A stretch of DNA of 50,633 nt, taken from Clostridia bacterium. GTDB taxonomy: Bacteria > Bacillota > Clostridia > UMGS1883. Where the stretch lies: NCBI GenBank assembly GCA_045596985.1, contig JAZODM010000022.1, positions 1 to 50,633 of the forward strand, in the 5' to 3' direction. The position numbers were made by a program, and so were the translations under genes. Shown one piece after another: positions 26,769 through 35,556 of the stretch (position 1 is the stretch's first letter; every line of letters starts with the position of its first letter). Under the pieces are notes generated by a model. It was given only the letters and a program-made list of their open reading frames with translations. It searched no databases and was not told the DNA's origin.

Positions 26769-28094
26769 ATGGATATTCCAATAGGAAGAACCATGCCCTA
26801 TAATCTTGAGGCGGAGGCGGCAATCCTCGGTAATATGATACTTGATGAAAAGGCGCTTGTTATGGCGATGGACAAGCTTGACGAGGACTCATTTTACGCA
26901 ACTGCAAATAAGACAATATTTATTGCAATAAGCCACCTTTTTGAAGAGGGTGTACCCGTGGATATGGTTACACTTTCCGAAAGACTTGGTGACAAGCTTG
27001 ACAGTGTGGGTGGCATTGCTTATATAACAAAGATTGCACAGAGCGTCTTTACAAAGGAAAATCTTGCACAGTATATAAAAATTGCGCAGGAGAAGAAGAT
27101 GCTCCGAAATCTTATTGAGTCTGCAAGTCAGATTATGGATATGGGTACGAAGGACGAGGAGTCTGCCGCCGACATTATCGATAAGAGTGAGCAGCTTATA
27201 TTCAGAATATCGGAGCAGCGTGGCACTAAGGGCTTTACACATATAGGTGAGGTTGTAAAGACTAACCTTGCAATGCTCGACGAGCTTAAAAAGCGAGGCG
27301 GTAAGGTTACAGGTATTAAAACGGGCTTTACAGGTCTTGACGCTTCTACCGCAGGACTTCAGAACAGTGACCTTATAATCCTTGCGGCACGTCCCGGTGT
27401 GGGTAAGACGAGCTTTGCACTTAACATTGCGCAGAATGCGGCAATTCGCGAAAGAGTGCCGGTTGCAATATTCTCGCTGGAAATGAGTAAGGAGCAGCTT
27501 GTAAACCGTGTAATTTCAAGTGAGGCGCTTGTAGAGTCGGGAAAGCTTCGAATAGGTGATATAGATGCAAGGGAAATGACGAAAATCGCACATTCGCTTA
27601 AGGATATAATCACCGCGCCCATATATATTGACGATACCCCCGGAATAACTGCCTCCGAAATCAGGGCAAAATGCAGACGCCTTAAAATGGAAAAGGGACT
27701 CGGTCTTGTCGTGATTGACTACCTGCAGCTTATGCAGGGCAGGGGCAAGGGCGAGAGCAGGACGCAGGAAATCAGCGAAATGTCGCGTTCGCTTAAAATT
27801 ATGGCAAAGGAGCTTAACGTGCCGGTAATCACTCTTTCGCAGCTTAATCGTGCATCTGAAAAGCTTGCGAGAAGACCGATGCTCAGCGACCTTAGAGAGA
27901 GCGGCTCGATTGAGCAGGATGCCGATATTGTTATTATGCTGTGCCGCCCGCAGGAGGAAGGCGCAGAGGAGGAGAGTGCAGGAAACATTGTTGAATGTAT
28001 CCTTGCAAAAAACCGTGCCGGTGAATGTGGCATTATAAATCTTGCTTGGCGCGGCGAATTTACTAAGTTTATGAATCTTGACAGCAGAAATTAA
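26769..28094 (+). CDS. dnaB: Replicative DNA helicase
   Basis: LAARPGVGKT, FSLEM, VIDYLQLM, LSQLNR, DLRESGSIEQDAD, AKNR. Confidence 0.97.
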   Translation: MDIPIGRTMPYNLEAEAAILGNMILDEKALVMAMDKLDEDSFYATANKTIFIAISHLFEEGVPVDMVTLSERLGDKLDSVGGIAYITKIAQSVFTKENLAQYIKIAQEKKMLRNLIESASQIMDMGTKDEESAADIIDKSEQLIFRISEQRGTKGFTHIGEVVKTNLAMLDELKKRGGKVTGIKTGFTGLDASTAGLQNSDLIILAARPGVGKTSFALNIAQNAAIRERVPVAIFSLEMSKEQLVNRVISSEALVESGKLRIGDIDAREMTKIAHSLKDIITAPIYIDDTPGITASEIRAKCRRLKMEKGLGLVVIDYLQLMQGRGKGESRTQEISEMSRSLKIMAKELNVPVITLSQLNRASEKLARRPMLSDLRESGSIEQDADIVIMLCRPQEEGAEEESAGNIVECILAKNRAGECGIINLAWRGEFTKFMNLDSRN

Positions 28095-28130
28095 TTGCAG
28101 CTTTTGGTATGTTTGGGTCAGCCTATATAT

Positions 28131-28156
28131 TGTAGGGATGGGGCTTGCTCCATCCG
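28131..28156 (+). repeat. GTAG-type REP-like hairpin, copy B
   Basis: TGTAG-GGATGGGGC-TT-GCTCCATCC-G; 22/26 to copy A, all four differences compensatory. Confidence 0.7.
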
Positions 28157-28181
28157 CAATACAAAGATGGAGGGATATGCG

Positions 28182-29525
28182 GTGCTTGAAAGGGTACGTC
28201 GTACAATTGAAGAAAATGCCCTTTTAAAAAACGGCGACAGTGTTATATGTGCAGTGTCGGGCGGCGCAGATTCCATATGCCTTCTGCATACGATGCTTCG
28301 GCTTAAAAGTGACTATAACCTTACTATTTATGTTGCGAATGTAAACCATATGATACGCGGCGAGGAGTCTCTGGAAGACAGTGAATTTGTGAGAATTGTC
28401 GCAAAGGCTGCCGATGTAGAATTTTTTTATCGGGAATATGACGTTATAAAAATAGCGCGTGAAAGAAAATTGGGCGAAGAAGAGTGCGGACGCATTTTGC
28501 GCTATGAATTTTTTACAGAGCTTTCTGAAAACTTAGGCGGTGCAAAAATTGCCACCGCGCACAATCTTAACGATAATGCCGAAACGGTGCTTTTCCGACT
28601 TATACGCGGAACGGCGGCGCAGGGACTTTCAGGAATAAAATATAAGCGTGATAATATTATAAGACCGCTTCTTGACATCCCGCGAGAGGATATTGAAAAA
28701 TATCTTCGCGCAAACTCCCTTACGTGGAGGGAGGACAGTACAAATAAAATTCCCGTATATGCAAGAAATAAAATACGCCTTTGTGTTATGCCCAACCTAA
28801 ACGAAATATCACAAGGTGCAGAAAAGAAGATTGCAGCAGCATCACGCTATATTGCAGAGGATAATGCATTTATTGATGCTATGGCGCAGAAGATGATGGA
28901 TGAATGCTTTTTTAAAGACCGCCTTATTACAAAACCGCTATTAAATGCGCCGATGCCAATAAAACGCAGAATATGCGCAAGCGTGCTTAAAGAGTGGGAG
29001 GCAGCGCAGGTAACTGCTGAAAAAATAGAACGCTTTTGCAACTTCGCTAATGGAGAAAACGGACGGATTTTTGATATTAATGCACGCCTTTATGCGCAGA
29101 AGTCGTATGATGCAATAATTCTTTGCAAAAGGGGCGAAAAAACAGATTTCAATCTGCTGCTTGACACTGAAAACGATGCGGTCGGCGAAGACTGGATTGT
29201 GTCAATAGAGTATTCTGATATGCCTTATGCGCGACACGGAAACAATATAGCCGTGTTTGACGGTGAAAAGCTAAGTGCGCCGCTGCTTGTACGCAGCAGA
29301 AAAGAGGGGGATAAAATTTCCCTCAAAGGTGCGGGCGGCACTAAAAAGATAAGTGATATATTTACTGACGAAAAGATAGAGCGGTCACAGCGCGACACCA
29401 TCCCTATAGTGGAGAAAGACGGGGAGATACTTTTTGTATGCGGAATAAGGCAATCATCGCTCTATGAAACCTCAGAAAATACAAAAAAATATCTTATTAT
29501 AAAATACGAAAGAATAAATAATTAA
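28182..29525 (+). CDS. tilS: tRNA(Ile)-lysidine synthase
   Basis: AVSGGADS PP-loop, VNHMIR, ATAHNLNDNAET, IIRPLL, EDSTN, RNKIR; start GTG 28182 after GGAGGG. Confidence 0.95.
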   Translation: MLERVRRTIEENALLKNGDSVICAVSGGADSICLLHTMLRLKSDYNLTIYVANVNHMIRGEESLEDSEFVRIVAKAADVEFFYREYDVIKIARERKLGEEECGRILRYEFFTELSENLGGAKIATAHNLNDNAETVLFRLIRGTAAQGLSGIKYKRDNIIRPLLDIPREDIEKYLRANSLTWREDSTNKIPVYARNKIRLCVMPNLNEISQGAEKKIAAASRYIAEDNAFIDAMAQKMMDECFFKDRLITKPLLNAPMPIKRRICASVLKEWEAAQVTAEKIERFCNFANGENGRIFDINARLYAQKSYDAIILCKRGEKTDFNLLLDTENDAVGEDWIVSIEYSDMPYARHGNNIAVFDGEKLSAPLLVRSRKEGDKISLKGAGGTKKISDIFTDEKIERSQRDTIPIVEKDGEILFVCGIRQSSLYETSENTKKYLIIKYERINN

Positions 29526-29538
29526 GAAAGGCAAGGAC

Positions 29539-30090
29539 TTGAAAATGGAAAACATCAACAAACCGATTGAAAAAGTACTTATTTCAGAAGAGCAGATTAA
29601 AAACCGTATAGAAGAGATGGCAAAGGAAATTGACAGAGATTACAAGGGGAGAGAGCCGCTGATGCTTTCTGTGTTAAGCGGAAGCTTCATGTTTGCATCT
29701 GACCTGATGCGTGCCGTTTCAATTCCGGTTGGAATATCGTTTATTTTTGCGGCAAGCTATGGCGCGGGAACAATTTCAAGCGGAAATGTTGATATTCACA
29801 CGGGAAAGGGTTTTGATCCCAAAGGACGGGATATAATAATAGTTGAGGATATTGTGGACTCGGGAAGAACGCTGAGCAAAATCAAGGAATACCTTTTAGA
29901 GAGCGGTGCTAAAAGTGTGGAGCTTTGCACCTTCCTTGACAAGCCCTCCCGCAGGGTTGTGGATATAGATGTTAAGTACACAGGCTTTGAGGTTCCTGAC
30001 GAATTTGTTGTAGGTTACGGTCTTGATTTTAATTATAAATACAGACAATATCCTTTTGTTGGTGTGCTTAAACGCGAATATTATGAATAA
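29539..30090 (+). CDS. hpt: Hypoxanthine phosphoribosyltransferase
   Basis: IIVEDIVDSGRTL, LDKPSRR, FVVGYGLD; tilS-hpt-ftsH synteny. Confidence 0.95.
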   Translation: MKMENINKPIEKVLISEEQIKNRIEEMAKEIDRDYKGREPLMLSVLSGSFMFASDLMRAVSIPVGISFIFAASYGAGTISSGNVDIHTGKGFDPKGRDIIIVEDIVDSGRTLSKIKEYLLESGAKSVELCTFLDKPSRRVVDIDVKYTGFEVPDEFVVGYGLDFNYKYRQYPFVGVLKREYYE

Positions 30091-30163
30091 AATGTGAAAT
30101 AGATTGATTGAAGTTTTATTTTATGTTAGTATTAGTTGAAACAATTTACAAGGGGGTTTTGTT

Positions 30164-32032
30164 TTGAAAAAGTCTTTCAGAAGCATAAGCTTTTATATAA
30201 TCCTGCCGATTATCATTATTATTCTTATGATGATGTCGCTCCAGCAGCCCGATTCGGGTGTAAAGTCATTTTCAGAGCTTGTAAACGCAATTGAGCAGGG
30301 AAAGGTTACACACCTTGAAATAGGTGATACTGTTACCGTTGCCGAAATTGACGGCAAAAACTATCAGGTTGAGGTAACGCAGGGAATACTTTTCACTGTG
30401 ATTGGTGACGAGCTTGAAAAGCAGATTAAAGAGGGGAATATGACAGCGACAGTTCCTGCACCGGAGACGGTTTCGTGGTGGGTATCGCTTATCCCTACAA
30501 TACTGATGATTCTTGTAATAGGTCTTTTCTGGTTCTCGTTTATGAAGCAACAGACGGGCGGACACGGAATAGGAAACTTTGGCAAGAGTAAGGCGCGCTC
30601 TGCCGCAGATAGCAAAAACAAAGTAACTTTTGCAGATGTGGCAGGTGCAGACGAGGAAAAGAAAGAGCTTGAAGAAGTTGTGGAATTCCTCAAAAACCCT
30701 AAAAAGTTTATTGATTTAGGTGCGCGTATTCCCAAGGGTGTACTTCTTGTAGGACCTCCGGGAACGGGTAAAACCCTCCTTGCAAAAGCAGTTGCAGGTG
30801 AGGCAGGAGTGCCGTTTTTCTCCATATCCGGTTCTGACTTTGTTGAAATGTTTGTAGGTGTCGGCGCAAGCCGTGTGCGTGACCTTTTTGAACAGGCACG
30901 CAAAAATCTGCCTGCAATTATATTTATTGATGAAATTGATGCTGTGGGACGTCAGCGCGGCGCGGGTCTGGGCGGCGGTCATGACGAGCGTGAGCAGACA
31001 CTCAATCAGCTTCTCGTTGAAATGGACGGCTTTGGAACTAATGAAGGCATTATAATGATTGCCGCAACAAACCGCCCCGATATTCTCGACCCGGCGCTTT
31101 TAAGACCGGGCAGATTTGACCGTCAGGTAGTTGTTAACTATCCTGACCAGAAGGGTAGAGAGGCAATTTTAAAGGTACATTCAAAAAATAAGCCCGTTGA
31201 CCAGGAGGTTTCGCTGGAAACAGTTGCAAAAACAACTTACGGCTTTACCGGTGCAGACCTTGAAAATCTTCTTAACGAGGCGGCAATCCTTTCTGCAAGA
31301 AGAGATAAAAAGACGATTACTGCCGATGAAATTGACGAGGCAATGCTCAAGGTTGTAATGGGCCCTGAAAAGGCTACAAAGCAGCATAATAAGGAAAATA
31401 AGCGTAAGACTGCCTACCACGAGGCGGGTCACGCACTGGCGGCAAGGCTTCTTCCCACGCAGGATACTGTGCATCAGGTGTCTATCGTTCCCAGAGGAAG
31501 AGCGGGCGGCTTCACCCTCAGTCTGCCCGATACTGATAAGAGCTATATTTCAAAGAACGAAATGCTTGAAAGCATTGTTATGATGCTTGCAGGACGTGCT
31601 GCCGAAAAGATAGTATTTAACGATATAAATACCGGTGCATCAAGTGACCTTGACAAAGCTACCTCTACTGCAAGGAAGATGGTTATGCAGTACGGTATGA
31701 GTGATAAGCTCGGTTATGTAACCTTCACAAACGAAGATCACGAGGTATTCCTGGGCAGAGATTTCTCGCAGGGTAGAAATTACAGCGAAAATGTTGCTGC
31801 GGTAATAGATGAAGAGATAAAGCGCATTATTGACGAATGTTATAAACAGTGCGAAACCCTCTTAAATGAAAACCGCGACACGCTTGATAATATTGCAAAT
31901 GCACTTGTCGAGCACGAAAAACTCGATGCAAAAGAGTTTGAAGAAGTATTTACAAACGGAAGTCTTGGGGTAAAGGAAGAAAAGGAAGAAGAACAAAGTG
32001 TTCTTCCTGCGCAGACAGACAATATTGAGTAA
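30164..32032 (+). CDS. ftsH: ATP-dependent zinc metalloprotease FtsH
   Basis: Two TMs, [42 protein letters not shown]. Confidence 0.97.
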   Translation: MKKSFRSISFYIILPIIIIILMMMSLQQPDSGVKSFSELVNAIEQGKVTHLEIGDTVTVAEIDGKNYQVEVTQGILFTVIGDELEKQIKEGNMTATVPAPETVSWWVSLIPTILMILVIGLFWFSFMKQQTGGHGIGNFGKSKARSAADSKNKVTFADVAGADEEKKELEEVVEFLKNPKKFIDLGARIPKGVLLVGPPGTGKTLLAKAVAGEAGVPFFSISGSDFVEMFVGVGASRVRDLFEQARKNLPAIIFIDEIDAVGRQRGAGLGGGHDEREQTLNQLLVEMDGFGTNEGIIMIAATNRPDILDPALLRPGRFDRQVVVNYPDQKGREAILKVHSKNKPVDQEVSLETVAKTTYGFTGADLENLLNEAAILSARRDKKTITADEIDEAMLKVVMGPEKATKQHNKENKRKTAYHEAGHALAARLLPTQDTVHQVSIVPRGRAGGFTLSLPDTDKSYISKNEMLESIVMMLAGRAAEKIVFNDINTGASSDLDKATSTARKMVMQYGMSDKLGYVTFTNEDHEVFLGRDFSQGRNYSENVAAVIDEEIKRIIDECYKQCETLLNENRDTLDNIANALVEHEKLDAKEFEEVFTNGSLGVKEEKEEEQSVLPAQTDNIE

Positions 32033-32037
32033 AACAC

Positions 32038-32070
32038 AAATACGGTGTGACATTTTGTCACACCGTATTT
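32038..32070. terminator. Terminator after ftsH
   Basis: AAATACGGTGTGACA-TTT-TGTCACACCGTATTT perfect stem. Confidence 0.8.
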
Positions 32071-32490
32071 CTATTTTAGCATAAATGTAGTCGTAGCACC
32101 CTTTTTGCGCAATGTACGTGAAATTATCCCTCCCTTACCTTCAGGAACACTTACCGTAATGCTTGCGCACTGCGGATATTCCTCGTATGTCAGTATATCA
32201 AGCATCGTGCCTGATATTGCGCCGATAACACTCCCTGCAATAAGCCCTGTAAGTGGCGATAATACAAATGAAAAACCGCTGTAGGGTAAAAGCAGCAGAA
32301 TAAATCCTATGAGTGTTCCTGCTGCACCGCCGATAAAGGTGCTTTTCACGCTGAAATCAAATGCCTGCGATTTTTCGGTGGAACGGCTCCCTATAAGTAT
32401 TTCATTGCAATATGGAAAATTTTCGGAAAGGTCAAAGGCTGCCGCGCCTGCCGCCTCGCCGCTTGTAAAGTATGAAGTAAGCTTTTTCAT
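32071..32490 (-). CDS. Small membrane protein with glycine-zipper-like hairpin
   Basis: AGGAG RBS before ATG 32490; GGAAGTLIG and GLIAGSVIGAISG TM segments. Confidence 0.6.
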   Translation of the reverse strand: MKKLTSYFTSGEAAGAAAFDLSENFPYCNEILIGSRSTEKSQAFDFSVKSTFIGGAAGTLIGFILLLLPYSGFSFVLSPLTGLIAGSVIGAISGTMLDILTYEEYPQCASITVSVPEGKGGIISRTLRKKGATTTFMLK

Positions 32491-32711
32491 TTTTTCTCTC
32501 CTTGAATAAATTGAAAATTGAAAATTAAGGAAAAAAATCAGCTTTTCCAATTTTCTTGTCATTTATATTATTTGTCGTTGTGCAAAAAAAACACACGTAT
32601 TTTTGTTCTTTTATACAAAGCTTAAAAAAATCGACCAAAACAGTTGAAATGTTTCAAAAAAAGATGTATTATAATTATAGGTGATATAATAAATTATTAA
32701 GGAGGAGCAGT

Positions 32712-33323
32712 ATGGAAAAGAGAGTGTTTTTACATACGCTTATTATTGGTGCGGCGTTGCTTTTATCTGCTTGCAATGGCGGTCAGACTATCAGTGTTAA
32801 GGAAAAAAATATCAGAATGAATATAGATGAAAAGTACACAGTTAAGCTTGTTGACGGAGAGGGCGAGAATGTTGTATGGACAAGTAATGACGAGGGGATT
32901 GCGCTTGTTTCGCCTGACGGAACAATAACCGCAACGGGTAACGGTATTACCACCGTCACGGCAAAGGCGGAGGATAGCTATGTGCACGTCGGTGTTATTG
33001 TAGGCGGAAACAATGACTATACAGATGAATTTGGTAACGTGGTTGAGGTGTTTGACGGGGAGTCAGATATAACGGAAATATCGGTAGGTGTTAAAAATGG
33101 CGGTAAGGGCGATGTTTCTGTGAAAGCAGGGGAGAGTTTTCAGCTTCGTGCGTACGTAACACCCTCTGATTCCAAGGATAAAATTGTGTGGCGCGTGCAG
33201 GATAGCTCTGTTGCACGTGTTGACGAAAAGGGGGTCCTGCAGACAGTGGGCACAGGAAAGACAACAGTTACTGCCTATGCACCAAACGGGGTAAAGGGCG
33301 AACTTATAGTTCGTGTTAAATAA
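32712..33323 (+). CDS. Lipoprotein with two bacterial Ig-like (Big_2) domains
   Basis: Lipobox LLLSAC; VVWTSND..IA.V..DG.ITA.G.G.TTVTA occurs twice. Confidence 0.82.
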   Translation: MEKRVFLHTLIIGAALLLSACNGGQTISVKEKNIRMNIDEKYTVKLVDGEGENVVWTSNDEGIALVSPDGTITATGNGITTVTAKAEDSYVHVGVIVGGNNDYTDEFGNVVEVFDGESDITEISVGVKNGGKGDVSVKAGESFQLRAYVTPSDSKDKIVWRVQDSSVARVDEKGVLQTVGTGKTTVTAYAPNGVKGELIVRVK

Positions 33324-33428
33324 TATTACTAAAAGATTTTTATTATGTTACAGAAATGTTTCGTCAAACTTAACAAAGGGTAGGGTGTAAATTAGTTAAA
33401 AAAACGAAAAAAATTTTGCTTTAACCAC

Positions 33429-33457
33429 TTGAAATTATTTTATTTACGGAGTATAAT
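33429..33457 (+). promoter_or_regulatory. Strong sigma-A promoter
   Basis: TTGAAA-N17-TATAAT with A-rich upstream region. Confidence 0.65.
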
Positions 33458-33554
33458 TTAAAATGTATAGATGATGGGTGGGGTCTATCCATATTTATAC
33501 CTTATGTAGTAATTAAATTAATTTAATTTAATATAAAAGAAGGAGGAAAACAAA

Positions 33555-34343
33555 ATGAAAAAGTTTATGAAGGCACTTGCACTTGCTCTTGCATTGTGCA
33601 TGGTTCTTTCAGTATCTGCTTTTGCTGCACTCGTAGAGGATGAAGCTGATGGTATTGTTACTACTGCTACACGCACTATTGATTTTACTATAACAGGCTT
33701 TGAAACTACTGAGCAGGTAGCGCTCTTAGTTCTTAAGACAGGTAAAACACCTTCTACAGCTGCTGAGAGTGACATTCTCTACATTGACCAGAAGCTTGCT
33801 TCAAGTGGTTCAGTTACATTTGCAGCTGCAATTGCTGAGGGAACTGACAATGATGTTGTTGATGTTTATGTTGGTTCTACAAGCATCAGTGCTGCTGATG
33901 GTCCTGGCGCGGGTGAAGCTTGGGATGTTTACAAAGGTGTAGTGATTGCTGAAACAAGCAGCATCACAATCGCTGGTGAGGCAAAGAAGCTGAATGTTAA
34001 CGAAACAGCTATAGTTAATGGTGCAGAAGTGACAATCACTCGCCCCGGTGCTGCAATCGGTATTACCATTAATAATCTTACACCTGCGAAGATGGTTTGG
34101 GCACTTAGGGGTACCAAGGATGGCGAGACAGAATACAAGTATTCTAAGCCAGTTGACATTGATTTAACAGGTGTTGAAACAGATGCTCCGATTTGGTTCA
34201 CCGGTATATTCTCTTCATCAGTGCTTGAAGGATTCACAATCGATAAAGTTGCTGCAATCTTCCAGGCTACAGATGCAAGTGAACACTATGTTGGTGATGC
34301 TGATGAACAGCAGACCATAATGGGACACAAGAAAGCTAATTAA
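33555..34343 (+). CDS. Secreted acidic beta-rich protein of unknown function
   Basis: Signal peptide ending AFA; AAGGAGG RBS; QVALLVL...ILYIDQ; codons biased to GCT/ACT/GTT/GGT. Confidence 0.8.
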   Translation: MKKFMKALALALALCMVLSVSAFAALVEDEADGIVTTATRTIDFTITGFETTEQVALLVLKTGKTPSTAAESDILYIDQKLASSGSVTFAAAIAEGTDNDVVDVYVGSTSISAADGPGAGEAWDVYKGVVIAETSSITIAGEAKKLNVNETAIVNGAEVTITRPGAAIGITINNLTPAKMVWALRGTKDGETEYKYSKPVDIDLTGVETDAPIWFTGIFSSSVLEGFTIDKVAAIFQATDASEHYVGDADEQQTIMGHKKAN

Positions 34344-34364
34344 TTTTCAGGAGGTAATGAAAAG

Positions 34365-34544
34365 ATGAAAAAGTATATTAAACCAGAAATCGATGCATTA
34401 GCTCTTGAAACACTTGATGTAATCACTTTAAGTAACGCCTCTCGAATAACAGCTGAAGCTGTTGCCGGTATGACCGGAAGCGAAAATGTTGTTGCAGGTA
34501 AAGTTACTATCACAGACATCACTACTAATGAGTGGTCCTGGTAA
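34365..34544 (+). CDS. 59-aa peptide with RRE/lasso-type leader (putative RiPP-like precursor); not in the ORF track
   Basis: AGGAGG RBS (34349-34354); MKKYIKPEIDALALETLDVITLSNASRITAEAVAGMTGSENVVAGKVTITDITTNEWSW*; followed by a terminator. Confidence 0.75.
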   Translation: MKKYIKPEIDALALETLDVITLSNASRITAEAVAGMTGSENVVAGKVTITDITTNEWSW

Positions 34545-34569
34545 GCGATTACATAGTTAAGAGCTAATT

Positions 34570-34600
34570 AAAAGGGTACGGAATTTTCCGTGCCCTTTTT
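34570..34600 (+). terminator. Terminator of the secreted protein + peptide operon
   Basis: AAAAGGGTACGGAA-TT-TTCCGTGCCCTTTTT. Confidence 0.75.
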
Positions 34601-34613
34601 ACGTGCGTTTATA

Positions 34614-34646
34614 AAAACACCGATGCAATGGTTGCATCGGTGTTTT
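34614..34646 (-). terminator. Terminator after purC
   Basis: AAAACACCGATGCAA-TGG-TTGCATCGGTGTTTT perfect stem. Confidence 0.75.
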
Positions 34647-34662
34647 AACTTTGATTATATAA

Positions 34663-35346
34663 TTATCTGTTAAGAATAAGCTTTGTAAGCTCAACAGGCT
34701 CAACAATCTTACCATCCTTATAAACACGCATATTGCCTGATGCAATCTCATCAATAAGAATAACCTCGTTATTGTTATAACCAAACTCAAACTTAATATC
34801 CCAAAGGTCAAGACCAATTGACTTAAGGTCATCAGCAACAATCTTTGTGATTTTGAGTGTCTGCTCCTTCATACTCTCAAACATTTCGGGAGACATAACG
34901 CCAAGTGCCGCAACACCCCCCCCCCTTACAAGGGGATCGCCCTTCTCGTCGTTTTTAAATGTACATTCAACGTAACCGCCCTCAAGCACTGTTCCGTCCT
35001 CAATTTTTTCTCCGTATCTGCGGATGAAGCTGCCTGTTGCAACAAGACGGCAGATAACCTCAAGGCCGTGACCAAATACTGTCGCAGGAAGAACCTCCAT
35101 AGTAGCATCCTCGACATTAGCACTTACATAATGTGTTTTAATGCCTGCTTTCTTAAGAAGCTCAAAATAAAGAACGGAGGTTTCGAGGTTAGCCTTACCA
35201 ATACCCTCGATAGTAAGACCTACAGAATTTTCACCCGGGTCAAATACGCCGTCCTTACCTGTGCAGTCATCCTTGAACTTAAGGAGAACATTACCGTTTT
35301 CAAGCTTGTACACATCTTTGGTTTTTCCCTGATAAAGTTTTTCCAT
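34663..35346 (-). CDS. purC: Phosphoribosylaminoimidazole-succinocarboxamide (SAICAR) synthase
   Basis: [37 protein letters not shown]; start ATG 35346. Confidence 0.92.
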   Translation of the reverse strand: MEKLYQGKTKDVYKLENGNVLLKFKDDCTGKDGVFDPGENSVGLTIEGIGKANLETSVLYFELLKKAGIKTHYVSANVEDATMEVLPATVFGHGLEVICRLVATGSFIRRYGEKIEDGTVLEGGYVECTFKNDEKGDPLVRGGGVAALGVMSPEMFESMKEQTLKITKIVADDLKSIGLDLWDIKFEFGYNNNEVILIDEIASGNMRVYKDGKIVEPVELTKLILNR

Positions 35347-35556
35347 AAAAAAGACACCTACTTTTTTAGATTTTTCATATGAGAACATTTTACCACAAAA
35401 TTTCTTCTGTGTATACAATTTTTTTCAATATTTTGAAAAAAAGAATATTCTGTCAATATAGAGGGAGTTTTTGCAAACAAAAAGATTGAAACGTGCGTAT
35501 ATATATGATATAATAAATCCATTATAGTTACTATTTATTGAAGGAAGGGATAATCG

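Noticed and set aside
28095-28181. N-terminal extension of tilS in the ORF track
   Set aside because: It spans the REP-like hairpin; a GGAGGG RBS supports GTG 28182.
33496-33506. ATACCTTATGT resembling the right half of the repeat core
   Set aside because: No GCATCT or upstream box; short match in AT-rich sequence.
22410-34544. A complete lasso peptide gene cluster
   Set aside because: No lasso cyclase, B2 transglutaminase-like protease or ABC exporter in the window, and the RRE and peptide are 11 kb apart; reported only as a hypothesis.
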